A stretch of DNA of 64,000 bases from assembly GCF_009914755.1 (NCBI RefSeq), contig NC_060939.1; one strand, 5' to 3'. Both the position numbers and the translations under genes were made by a program. Below, piece after piece: positions 1-12,690 of this stretch. The stretch is from the human T2T-CHM13v2.0 reference genome, Homo sapiens. Numbering within the stretch: position 1 is the first letter of the stretch; every line of letters starts with the position of its first letter. The notes beneath the pieces are model-generated. The model was given only the letters and a program-made list of their open reading frames with translations. It made no database searches and was not told where the DNA came from.

Positions 1-25
1 AATCATCTTTATGAGGCTCTGGCTG

Positions 26-413
<388 letters not shown>

Positions 414-823
414 TAGTTGTATCTGATTCACTGGTGGACTGATGGAATGCCTGGACTAGTCTTCAACACACGTTCTGCTCTCAAGGCCATTTCCACGGCC
501 ATGTTTGAGAACATCAGATCAACCCAATTTTCTGTCATACTCAGTCAGTTGACTTTACTGGCGGAAAAAATAGATAGTTGCCTTCCTGTTGTGATTTCTA
601 GGATCTTAGGGGAAAGCCCTTCTTCTTCACTACCCTTCTATCCCTTCCCTTAAGGTTTTAAATCCTTGAATGAGGATTTTAAAAATCATTCTAGAATGAA
701 AGACAGGTTTAAAGTGCAAATATATTAAAAAGCCAAGGACGCATTCTTTAATGAGTAAGTAAAATACTAAGCAATTCGTTTTGGGAGAAAGAAGGGCTAA
801 AAGAGAAAAGTGTCAGGTAACGG

Positions 824-1140
<317 letters not shown>

Positions 1141-1258
1141 AGTAACTGATTTGAGGGAAGGTCACAGAGGTGGAGAAAGGGCACAACAGGCATATTAGAA
1201 ACTCCTCAGTTCGTCCAATATTTTGCTTAAGGCAATGCCTGTTAAACTCTCTGAACCA

Positions 1259-1592
1259 GACCAGGTGCAGTGGCTCACGCCTATAATCCCAGTACTTTGG
1301 GCGACCCATGTGGGAGGATTACTTGAGGCCAGGAGTTTCAGACCAGTCTGGGCAACATGGCAAAACCCTGCCTCTACAAAAAAAGAAAGAAAGAGAAAAA
1401 AATAGCCAGATGTGGGGGGGCTGCATCTGTCGTTCTAGCTACTTGGGAGGCTGAGATGACAGGATCGCTTGAGCCCACGAGTTCAAGGCTATAGTGAGCT
1501 ATGATTGCACCACTCTATTCCATCCAGCCTGGGCAATAGAGGGAGACCATGCCTCAAAAAACAAAACAAAACAAAACAAAAAAACAAAAAAA
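1259..1592 (+). mobile_element. Alu (AluJ-type)
   Basis: Right arm AGGATCGCTTGAGCCC...AAGGCTATAGTGAGCTATGATTG is AluJ-like; (CAAAA)n tail. Confidence 0.92.
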
Positions 1593-1602
1593 TCACCACC
1601 TC

Positions 1603-1927
<325 letters not shown>

Positions 1928-1987
1928 TCACCACCTCTAGGTGCTAGAGAAACAGTGTTTGGGGAATCCATTAACAGGTGTGATTTA

Positions 1988-2130
1988 AAAATTTTTTACA
2001 ACTGCTTTACTGAGGCATAGTTTATATACCACAAAATCCACACATTATAAGCATCCAATTTAATGATATTTAATGATTTTTAGTAAATGTATAGAGTAGT
2101 ACAACCATTACCATAATTTAGTTTTAGAAA
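1988..2130 (-). mobile_element. Old L1M 3'-end fragment
   Basis: CTTTACTGAGGCATAGTTTATATACCACAAAAT...TACAACCATTACCATAATTTAGTTTTAGAA resembles reverse L1M 3' ends. Confidence 0.65.
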
Positions 2131-3089
2131 CAAGTTCAATTTGAAAAAAATAGTGCTTTGAAAAGGTATCACTGCTTGCCCATTATAGCACTATAGGGTT
2201 TATTCTTACTGATAATCTGCCTAAAGTAGGCTCCACAAAACACTGGGTAAGGGCAGCCACGCTTTGGAGGACTTCCTCTTTCCCTGGCTTCTGAGTGATT
2301 ATGTGCTGGGATTCAGGAGTGAGCTCAGAGCTCACCACCTCGTGCTCAGGCTCAGGGAGGGGCCCTTGGTGTGGACATGGAAATCCCTGCCATGTCCATA
2401 GCCTCTATGCTCACCACCTGGAAAGTTACAGAGAGCTCCCAGTTACACCTCTGGTTTCTAGAGCCAGTAGAGCAAGCCTGTGATCAGCCCCTCCACCCCA
2501 GCCTCCTACAGCCACCTCTCCCAGGAAAGCCTAGAGGAAATTGGCCAACGTCTTGGTATTCCATTCTGGTTGCCAAGTGCCCTTATTGTTTTTGCATTTC
2601 TAAGAGACTGTCAGTACAACTTCCCCCGTGACTGCCACGTGACAGGCTGTGCTGTCCTTTATCTCAGGGCACCAAATGACTTACTTCATTCCAGGTCTTT
2701 CTGTTTCACTGTGAGTCAGGTGGAAAACAGAAAGGTGGCCCTATTTTAAGGGAAATGTTAAAACAAAGACAATGCTGTGCTTTGCTGGCATTTGTTAGCA
2801 GCAGACACGGTTAAAGAATGGCTATGGGCAAATATTTGGATGACTATAGAATCTGCTTAAATACTATGGATTTACTGTATAGGGTGTCAAAGTAACAACT
2901 GTAGAGTTAGAGTCTATTAAAGGGGGTCTCAACAAAAAATATTTATGCCCTTATATGCATGCTGCTTTGTCTTTTGAAAATTATCTTTCCTGTTTTTTCC
3001 ATCTCATAGTTCCCTCCAAACAATTGACCACTCCTTTTGCCATGTCACTGCTTCCTATGGAACTCAGTCCGGTGGATTAAGTGTTTCTG

Positions 3090-3195
3090 TTAATGTCTGT
3101 CTCCCTTTCACACTGACTTTTGTATGAAAGGGACCGTGCCTCTTCACCTCTGTAACTCTAGTGTATACCATGGTGTCTGGCAATAGATGATCTGC
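3090..3195 (+). mobile_element. L2 3'-end fragment
   Basis: GTCTGTCTCCC...GAAAGGGACCGTG...TTCACCTCTGT...GTGTCTGGCAATAG resembles the L2 terminus. Confidence 0.55.
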
Positions 3196-4039
3196 ACTCC
3201 ATTGACTGGGAAGAGGCTGTGAAAACAAAGACGGGTGCACGTTCAGAGCAAATATTTCCTGCTTTGGCTGTGCTAATTTGCTGTACTTTACACAGTCAGG
3301 GAATGATGTGTGATCATTTGTTGAATTAAGAAATTGTTTTGGACTCAAGAAGCACCAAATGTAAACTGCAATGTCAGACTGCGAGAGAAAGGGTGGGAGG
3401 CTTTGGGGAAAGGGCTTTCCCAAAGTGCTTGCCCATGGGGAGGTGAGGGGGAATGCAGGCTCCTAGCCACAGAGAATGAATTCATTAAGTCCACCACCAT
3501 GCTTTGTGAGAACCAGGCAGCCACTCCTCCTTACATACAACCCCAGTCAGATCTATAGCCATGACAAGAAATACAAAGGTGTGCTTTCTATTTGTGGTTT
3601 ATGGAATTGCCTTCGGGATTTGACTTTTATCTACCATGTCCACTGTTCTGCCTCCAAGACCTATCACAGTACTTGGCACACAGAACGCAGTAAATATTTG
3701 TGATGCAAATGAATATTTCATAGTCCAGCTGGCTTCTTTCCCATGTTTTTTTTCTTTAACTGTGCACTAAAACCACAGTGTCCCGGAATAAATTTTCTAT
3801 TGAACATCTCACTTGACTGGGAAGTAATCTGTGAATGTGATAAAGCAATGGAGAGCAAATCCTTGGAAACCAAGGCTTGGGAGTTCCATCATTTAGGAAA
3901 CAAAAGCAGTCAAGACTAAAAATCTCAGACATCGTAAAGTGATTACTCACCTTCTGAGAGACCCCAGAAATATCAGAGGATACCGGGGGTCAGTGGGCCA
4001 TCCAGGAAGAAGCTTTGGTGAAGGGGAGGGCACTAATGT

Positions 4040-4250
4040 TTCTTTGGCACTTATTGGGTATTGGGCCAAATGCTTCCACCTTTCATTTCGGTACTCACAA
4101 GAAATCCTACCAGATGGTCATGGTGATCATGCCTTTCCGAATGAGGAGGGGAGATCAGAGAGACTATCTATCATACCCAAGATTGCCCAGCTAGAAAGTA
4201 GCCACACCAGAACTTGAACACTAGCCTATCTAATTCTAAAAACTCAGCTT
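4040..4250 (-). mobile_element. MIR
   Basis: Reverse MIR core: ATGAGGAG..GAGATCAGAGAG...CCCAAGATTGCCCAGCTAGAAAGT...GAACTTGAAC. Confidence 0.65.
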
Positions 4251-4624
4251 TTTCCAGCCCAATATGTTCCTCTGGATTTTAAGTCCCAGGAGGGCAGAAA
4301 CAAGGCTATGGGCAGTTATCTCTGTAGCCTGCTCTCCCCAGCATGGGCCAGAAGAAGCATCAAGACATGCTTTCTGAGCTGCATTTCAGATCATGAGCAT
4401 TGGGACTTCTTTCCCAATAAGTGGTCTGACTGAATCCTGGCCACTGCCTCCACAGGCACTCACCTACAGAGTGCTGGCCCTGGAGGAAGTTCTCAGGCAG
4501 CACTGATTCCACTGGGGGGGCACAGGCCCCAGTGCAGAGGAGGGGCTCATTCTTAGGCACATCACTTCTCCTCTCTGGACCTCAGTTACTCATCTAAATT
4601 GACATGATTTGCCAGATTGTTTCT

Positions 4625-4828
4625 CGGCATTGTCAAAGTTCCCATGGTGGCGCGAATACTCTATTTCTGCACAGTACAGTACGTTCACCACTAGCCACAT
4701 ATGCCTACTGAGTACTTGAAATGCGGTATGACTTAAGAACTGAATTCTTAATTTTATATCATTTTAATTAATTTAGATTTACATTTAAATAGCCACATGT
4801 GGCTATTGGCTCCATTATTGGGCAGTGA
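4625..4828. mobile_element. MER3-like hAT-Charlie MITE
   Basis: CCACTAGCCACAT...GAGTACTTGAAATG...TTTAAATAGCCACATGTGGCTA. Confidence 0.75.
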
Positions 4829-4869
4829 AATGAGGAAGCTTCGGCTTGAAGAAGTGGAAGAGGAAGCAG

Positions 4870-5075
4870 CATAAGATCAGAATTCTAGCTCGCTCGAATG
4901 TGGGTTCAAATCCCAACAGGCTGTGGGGCCAAGAACAACATATTTACACTCTTCAAGTCTCAGTTTCTTCTTCTATAAAATGGAGATAATAATGGCTTCC
5001 GCATGAATTTGCTGGGAAGATTAAATGAGATAAAGCACTTAGCACATTGCGCTTCACATAATAAGGGCTCCTACA
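4870..5075 (+). mobile_element. MIR
   Basis: GGGTTCAAATCCC...CTCAGTTTCTTCTTCTATAAAATGGAGATAATAA...GATTAAATGAGATAAAGCACTTAGCACA. Confidence 0.8.
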
Positions 5076-5704
5076 GGAAGGCTATTAGAAAAAGTTCATA
5101 AAACAGCAGAGACATGGGGGTGTTTCTTTCCCTGATTAACCCATTATTTCACTCACCAACATGTCACATCTCAAATTGACTGGAAGGAAAGAAAGGTTTA
5201 AAATCCACTGGGTGGGGCACTGGAGGGGGAGGTGAGGAGTGATGGAGACAAGGCAGTTCTGCCGACTTTACACTTTTCCCAGGGCTGTTCCTGTATGTGT
5301 CGTTTGACTGATTGGGTCAAATTACACAAGATCTAGCTAGATATTCAGATTCCCTCCAATGCGTCTGTGTTGTGTAATCCTCCCTGCCTTGTAAAGGAAC
5401 AGATCTGATTGGCCAGGGATTGTACAGGTGGCAACTTCACTGAGATTCACAATGCATTGGAAACAAGGGAAGAGACCCTGGTATTCTATGACAAACGTGC
5501 AGACAGTCTAAAACATCAGGACAACATTTTCTATGTGATTTAGCTGGTATTTCTGAGCTGGAATAATTAAACAGAGATCTATCCACTTGACTAAAAGAGG
5601 AAGCAGTCGATGAGGAAGTCAGTCCCTAGCTCCCTTTGCCCCGAAATATGCCAATTCTGAATATTTCGCATCAGCTTCCTCTTAATAAATAGCTTACCAC
5701 TCAT

Positions 5705-5905
5705 CCATCCCTCGAAAATATCATTAGAATTGCCTGGATATATATATATTTTTAAATACCAATGCCCAGGCCACATCACATTCAATTAAATCAGAAAAGG
5801 TGATAGGTGAGTATGACACTCAGGCATCAGGCATCAGTATTTTTTAAAGCCTCCCTTGACCCCCAGGTGATTCTGACATGCAGCTAAGTTTAAGGCCAAG
5901 TGTTA
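5705..5905. mobile_element. MER5-family hAT-Charlie element
   Basis: ATGCCCAGGCCAC..CAATTAAATCAGAA...GGCATCAGTATTTTTTAAAGC...CCCAGGTGATTCTGACATGCAGC. Confidence 0.75.
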
Positions 5906-6219
5906 GAGATCAGGGTAGAAACTCAGGAGTTAACTACACGGTGAGCCCTGATCTGTATCACACACTCAGGGCCTAATCAGAACATGCTGATGTTTCGCTT
6001 AGCATACATTGCTTATTGCAACTAGAATATTTCTCAACCAACATCCTTCTTAATAAAGTCTAATTTGGGCCAGTTCTACACTGTTAGTGTTGACAGGGAA
6101 ATTCCCCATCGCACTGGTGATGGGAGGGGGTGGTGCTTTCAAATCAAGCCTTGAAGAAGTATCCGGCTTCCAGAGCCCAAAACCCTCAACAGAGGAGCTG
6201 CTTCAACAACTTCTGCATA

Positions 6220-6233
6220 CTGCCACCTGGTGG
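6220..6233 (-). promoter_or_regulatory. CTCF core motif (predicted)
   Basis: Reverse complement CCACCAGGTGGCAG matches the CTCF core CCASYAGRKGGCRS with no mismatch and lies in non-repeat sequence. Confidence 0.6.
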
Positions 6234-7134
6234 GGCCTGGACCCAACTTCATCACAGCTCTTCAGCCTTGGGCACCTACCCGCCTCCCCAAACAGATGTA
6301 ATTTAGGAAAATGTCATGCATTTTCAATCCAATTTACTGGTGCCTTCCACATTGATCAGACTTCCTTCTCCTTTTTCCTCCCATCTGGTTAATATAATTA
6401 TTGCTTTTACGTGGCAAAGCCATTTTATGTAATAGCTTTGTTTGTTACTATGGTTACAAGTTTAGTAGCCCTTTGGAATATAAATCTATCATCCCTGAAA
6501 GTAGCTTTCTGTGTGTCAAGGTGCAGCCCTTATGTAAGGAGAGTAACAGCGTTAGTTTTCTGTCGTAAGGAAAGTGGCCTTTCTTGGTCTTATTTTTGAA
6601 AGTTCTACGAGCCTAGCCTAGACACTCCCGGGAAATTGCTGGGTGCTGTCCCACTTTTTCCCTCTGGAATTTTCCTAACTGACGAGGCACCCACGAGCAG
6701 CTCTATCTGGGAGAAAGTAGGGAAACGTCGGCCGAGGGGCAGCTGTGTTTGCTGGGCCAGAGCCCTCGCATTGCATAACTGGTGTTTTTCCTGGTCAGTG
6801 TACTCTTGGCTGATTTATTTACCAGTTAAAGGCAAGGGCTGAGAATATAATCTCTCAGGAGTTAAGTTTCTTTGCGTGTAATCCCTTTCCCTCACGCATC
6901 TGAAGCATCGGCCCTTATTTCCTGATGGAAGTGGAGTTATAATCTCCCTTTGGAAAGTGGTAAGAGTTCAGTGCTGGGTTCAATCTGCCACCCTCAAGTG
7001 ACAAAGCGTGACAGCGTCTCTGCTATAGTGCTTCACACCCAACTGAATCAGACGCAGCCCTCTGAGCACAAAAGTGGGATGGCCTGTGAAGCTGGGCTTT
7101 CTTCCCATTCTCAGCCAGTAACAGCAAACCTTGG

Positions 7135-7300
7135 AGAGTTTATACCATGCATCCCTGTACGTAACCTCATCTAATCCTTACGACAACCCCAGGAGGTATG
7201 CATTGCCATCAAGTTGGCATCACTCCCATTTTACAGAGAAGGAATTTGAGGCTCAGAAGGATTAAGCACCATCCCCAAGTCATATAACTAGTGTGTGGGA
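7135..7300 (-). mobile_element. MIR
   Basis: CTCATCTAATCCTTACGACAACCCCAGGAGGT...CCCATTTTACAGAGAAGGAATTTGAGGCTCAGA. Confidence 0.75.
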
Positions 7301-8429
7301 CTTAATGTCTTTGGAAAGTCCTGGTTGCTAACTTAACAGAGCCTCACTTTCCAGATTCAAGGAACCATGAGAAAAGAAAGAGCAGGCAGTATCAATGCCT
7401 TCACTAAAGCCTTGATTAAGCCAAACTGAACAAACATCAACAATCTTCTTCCCTCTTCAGGAGAAAGTTACTGGTTTGGTAGGCCATTAGTGAATTTCCA
7501 GTGGCTACTAATTAACTAACCATGTCATTCATGTTTATTATCACAGAGCAGGTACGTATTTATTTACACCACTCACACGGCAGGATAATTTGCAGTTATA
7601 TAATTTCATGGTAATTACGATTGGAATTGCCATGTAGAAACTGGGCACTTTGGAGATGCATGATTACCAACAACTAGCTACCTTGGAATTACCCATTAAT
7701 GACATGATTAGTTGTGGCTTTGTAAGAAAATGTTGTTATGAAAGGGACTTTATCTTTTCATTCCCAATTGACAGAAAAGCAGGAACCTTGGAGATATCAG
7801 AAATATTTTTTTTCTTCTTCTGGCAGGTGAAGAATGTAGTTGTGCAGGTTTGTCCTGTTTCTGGGCATGTCTGGGGTGCCTTGGTGACAGGGAGGGAGCA
7901 GAAAGAGATGTGTGAGCTTGAGCAAAGGGTGCAGGCCCTGAGCTGTACCAGGCTAGTCTTCAGGTCTGTTGAGCCAGGGTACAGCCAGGAATTACCAACT
8001 TGTTAGGCAGAGAGTAAGGAAGCTCAGAAAGCCCGTGCTTGAGCTAAGGGGTACGAAACCCAGGAGACTGAATGACTGCCTGTCCTCTGCTCTGTGGGGA
8101 CCAAGAGAATATATGGAAGGCAGAAGCAGAGGAGATGGTAGGTTCCATCTACTTATGATGCTACGAAAAGACATGCGGCTTATATAATATGCACTAGGCA
8201 TGAACCACCCTGCCCCCAAATACAAAACTGGACTCCAGACTGTATTTCTTGGCAACAGTGGCCTCCTTGGCTTTTCCTCCACATCCCCTTGAGTTGACTA
8301 TCCTCTGAGGTTGCTCTTGCTATTGATTCTCACTGGATATCACTGGGCATGGGGAGGAGAAACCCACACAACGGGGTGCCTGGCATGTGAAGAATAAGAG
8401 AAACTTTAGCTCTTAGAACTGCAGGAGAC

Positions 8430-8560
8430 CCCTCGTTTAATAGAGGAGAAGCCCAGGGCCCAGCAGGGGTGAAGGAAGGTATGGTCCAATGTCACAAAGC
8501 AGATAAATGGCAGAGCCAGGCCTGGAGCCCACACAGGCCACCTCCGAGTGATTTTCCATA
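8430..8560 (-). mobile_element. MIR fragment
   Basis: TTAATAGAGGAGAAGCCCAGGGCCCAGCAGGGG...CCAATGTCACAAAGC..ATGGCAGAGCCAGG. Confidence 0.55.
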
Positions 8561-9307
8561 ATGCAATTCCTTCATGAGGGAGGAGTTGTTGATGCTTCAA
8601 AATTGAGACTAGGCTAATATAGATAATACCTATATAGGGAGTGCCTCTGCATCCATTATAGAGGCTACTCTGGGATATTTAAATACATATTTTTTACCTG
8701 ATTACGGCACCTATACAAAGACTCCTGTATCACATTCCTTTCACTGGTCAAGAGCAGGCAGACATTTGCACCTCCTGACCTGCAATGCCCCCCTACTAAT
8801 AGATAATGAGAAATCTGAAGTCCACACTGATTCCCTTTTCCTCTAGCTGCTAGGAAGCTGAAAAATCCATCTTTTCCTTAGGTAGGAGTTTTCAATACGG
8901 TTTTCTTTTCCTCTCTTTTGCCTGATATCTGCTTTTGTTTTATATATTGTTTTGATCTTTTTGTACCTATGTTTTTAGTATAAAATTTCTGGATGCAGGT
9001 AGGGCTGTCAACTAATCAATAACAAATAAACAAATAATAATCTTCATGCTTGGTGTTCAACCATGCAGGAAATAAAATCTTATAGAACGTACAGAAGAGC
9101 CAGGAAGGATCACACACTCCACTGTGCTAACTACATACAAAGGAGAAGGGGAAGAAGGCTCAGTTTTAGTGGAAAGGAATAGGAAAAAGAAGAGGCCTCT
9201 TCCTTTATCAGCTCCCTCACAGCTTCAGCAGCACTATCTCACCCCACTAACCAAACATCCAAAGGACTTGGAGGCAGAAAAGAAAGCTTCCGGAGACCTT
9301 GGAATTA

Positions 9308-9363
9308 TGTATGCATCTATCTATGTATCTATCTATATATCTAAGTATCTATGTTTCTATCTA
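9308..9363. repeat. Degenerate (TCTA/TGTA)n microsatellite
   Basis: TGTATGCATCTATCTATGTATCTATCTATATATCTAAGTATCTATG. Confidence 0.75.
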
Positions 9364-10267
9364 CGAATCAGCCATTTTATCTTCCACCTCTATCATCTAA
9401 GTTAACCTTTCTCTAATATTTCTCTAAGGCTAATCTCATCATCTTTGTCTTAAAGAAGCAGACTCAGAATTAAGTAATGTTTTCAACGTCAAAGAATAAG
9501 TAGATCTGGGATTTGAACCTATGCCCATTTGTATGTGAAGCCCACATTTTTTCCTATCATATCACCCACATCCTCAGACCATGGCTGTCACCTGGAACTG
9601 TCAGTAGGCCACCCATTTTAGGTCTCTCTTAGGCCTAAAGTCACCAAGCTTTACCAGTACCCAAACTGGGTGCTAGGAACAACAGGTTGGGCACTAAGAT
9701 ATGACAGATGTGGATTACCACATACCCCAGGGAGAAGCCTACATACCATGGGTTCATAGTTAACAGCGAGCTATTACAATAGATATTGTTCATCCTCAAA
9801 GATGAAACTGTGATGAGACCATTGCTATAATATTGACAAATCTTCAGGTACACCAAATGTGAAGATGAATTTTATTGAAATCTTCATAACATTTTTCCGT
9901 TTGCTGATAGTTTAAACAATTATGTTCATGTTTCTCTCTGTGAGATGACTTTTGGTGTCCTGAAATGACATGCTATTGTGTAAAACTACAGATGCAGGAC
10001 ACCTCAATGGAGTTCTTTTCTTGCATTAAACCCACTTCAAGGAAGATTTATGAAGCCTTGAAGGTCTGGATTGGGCCTTGGGGCTCATCATCAACCCAGG
10101 ACCAGAATATCAAGGCCTAAATTGCAGTCTTGGTTCTACCTCATAGCCTTCTAAGACCCTGTGTTATTCTCCAGTCTTATAGAACTAATCACATAAAGTG
10201 GTTAATTTCTTAACCTATTTGTAGAGACAAATGGGTGATAGAAAGAAAACTGGAGCTCCTGGTTCAC

Positions 10268-10816
10268 ATATGCCTACCCCATGCCCCTGCAATTCCACTG
10301 CCAGGATATATCCAACAGAAATCCATACTTATATCCACCTGAGGACATGTATAAGAATATTCACAGAGCCACTATTCATAAAAACCCCAAAATGGAAATA
10401 CCACTAATTCCATCCCTAACAGAATGGATCAATCATGGCACATTTCTACCGTGGAACACTACATAGCAATGAAAAGGAAAGACCCATTACAGGCATCAAC
10501 ATGGACAAATTCTATGCACAGAATGTTAGGCAGAAGAAGCCATCCATAAAAGAGTACATAGCACATGATTCAATTTAAATGAGGTTCAAAATATATGCAA
10601 AAGTCATCTAAGGTGCTAGAAGTCAAGACAGTGGTTACCTCTGAGGAAGGGTAGTGACTGGCAAGGTCATGAGGTGGTTTTGGAGATGCTGATCCTATTC
10701 CATTTCTTTATGTGGGTATAGGCGATGTGTTCACCTACAAATTCATTGAGCTGCACAAATATGATCTGTGCACATTTCTTTGTATGTGTTATGCTCCAAT
10801 ACAATTAAAGAAAAAA
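10268..10816 (+). mobile_element. Old L1ME-type 3' fragment
   Basis: GCAATTCCACT..AGGATATATCCAACAGAAAT, GAATGGAT..., AAAAGAGTACATAGCACATGATTC, GTGCTAGAAGTCAAGACAGTGGTTACC, ending in an A-rich tail. Confidence 0.8.
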
Positions 10817-11010
10817 CAGGGTTCAATTCCCATCTCTGCCACTCACCATGTGGCTTTTGGAATTCACTTTACCTTTACGCTACATCTTCCTCATCTGCAA
10901 AACCAGCATAATACAATTCACTAACAGGGCTGCTGTGAGGATCTAATAAGAAGCTGTGTATAAAACACCTAGCACTGAACCTCACACATGGTAGGTGCTC
11001 AATATATGGT
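10817..11010 (+). mobile_element. MIR
   Basis: GGGTTCAATTCCCATCTCTGCCACTCAC...TTCCTCATCTGCAAAA...GCTGTGAGGAT...GTAGGTGCTCAATA. Confidence 0.8.
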
Positions 11011-11014
11011 CATT

Positions 11015-11760
11015 CATTTTTAAAATTTTAAAAATGTGATGGACAATATTGAATATACACAAAACTAAAGAGAATACTATAACAGACCCCCATGGACCCC
11101 GTCACTGAGCTTCAATAATTATCAGCCTATGGCCAATTTTGTTTTATCTGCATCTGTCTCCCCAACCGTTAAAAAATATATGCACAGTCTACAGATATAT
11201 GCTTGTTTTTGCATATATACATCAGTTTGCATCTCTGAGAAATAACTCTTTTAGAAAACATAATTTAAAAAGATCAGTGGTTGTTGGGGCTTGGGGGAGG
11301 GAAGGGTGAATAGGTGGAGCACAGAGGATTTTGAGGGCAGTGAAACTGTTCTGTATAATACTATCATGGTAGATACATGTGTTTATAAATTTGTCCAAAC
11401 CTGTAGAAGGCACAATACCAAGAGTGAACCCTAACATAAACTATGCAATTTGGGTGATAATGATGTTGGTTCATTGATTATAACAAATGTGCCACTCTGG
11501 TGGGGGATATTCATAGTGGGAGAGTGGGGGGAAGGGGTATGTGGAAGCTCTTTGTAATTTCTGTTCAATCTTTCTGTGAACCTCAAACTGCTCTAAAAAT
11601 AAAGTCTCTTTAAGAAGATACTCACATCCATGATCATTAAAGACTACTGCTACTATCCTATTTCTTGTCCAGTTTTCCTAACTCATAAATATATTTTCAC
11701 AACTGTTTTGCTCAAATCAAGATCCAAACAAGGTATACTTAGTATGCATTTCTTCATTCT
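11015..11760 (-). mobile_element. Old L1ME/MC fragment, interrupted at about 11268-11612
   Basis: AATATACACAAAACTAAAGAGAAT...GCTTCAATAATTATCA..ATGGCCAAT on the left; TCAAATCAAGATCCAAACAAGG on the right. Confidence 0.6.
11268..11612 (+). mobile_element. L1MC-type 3' end
   Basis: AAAAGATCAGTGGTTG...GGTGGAGCACAGAGGATTTT..GGGCAGTGAAAC...GAGTGAACCCTAA...CTCTAAAAATAAAGTC. Confidence 0.85.
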
Positions 11761-12424
11761 TAATTAATTCAATGTCTTAACAAATCACAGAGGCAATAGA
11801 TAGGAAAGCTGTTTATGACTTTGGCCACCAATCACATAATACTTTGTGAGGAGAGAAAAAAGGGTATTGTCATGAAGCCTCCTAAAAACACCCAGAGTTT
11901 CTGTCTGTAACACTCTTCTGAATTCTTTAGAACCATGGATGGTTGCTGTCACTGTCAAAACTACATCTAATACTATAAAGGAAAGACCCTTTAACACAAG
12001 ACTGTGAATACAAATGGCAGAGCAGATACTATTGTCACACATATATGCAGAAGAGATTCTGTAAGGGGTATTTCCGGGAAGACAGACAAGGTGTGATATC
12101 TGGTGTCACTGTGTGTATGAAAGAAGCATTTTAAGATCCTCAAATAAACATACCGCCCAAATTAAGGTGAAAGTAAAGCAGACAGGACCCACTTTTTGCA
12201 CTTTGTATCTTTTCTCTCTGCTCTTTCAGCATTGCCCAAAGAAGCTGTCGTTTTCATCTTGCACACTGGATGCCGTCCTCTGAAGTCTGAACAAAGGCCG
12301 GATCACATGCCTAAGCAGTATTTTACCTTGTGCTGATTCCTTAAAAAAACAGATTGTCTCCTGGATTGCATGCATCTAGAAGTTCTTACCACGTTTTATT
12401 AAACAACCAGCTAATGCTTCTGCT

Positions 12425-12562
12425 TCCTCTAAGGAGATCATGAGTCCCCCCACTCCCGAACAAAGGGCCTTCATTTTATTCATCTGTGTATTCCACATCC
12501 CAGCACAGCACCTGGCACATAGTGGGCCCTCAAACAAATGTATGTGGGATAAATGAACAGAT
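12425..12562 (+). mobile_element. L2 3' end
   Basis: CCCAGCACAGCACCTGGCACATAGTGGGCCCTCAAACAAATG...ATAAATGAA. Confidence 0.75.
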
Positions 12563-12574
12563 GAGAGTGAAAAG

Positions 12575-12690
12575 AGGCTGTGAGGAAAGCACTGGACGGG
12601 AAGCTGGAGACCTGACGTCATCTCGGCCCCTGACACTCAGAGTCACTTGAGTCAAGGCACCAACTTCCGTGGGCTTCCGATGATTTCTAG
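12575..12690 (+). mobile_element. MIR-like 5' fragment containing a perfect CRE
   Basis: GGAAAGCACTGGAC.GGAAGCTGGAGACCTG resembles the MIR 5' end; TGACGTCA at 12613-12620. Confidence 0.5.
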
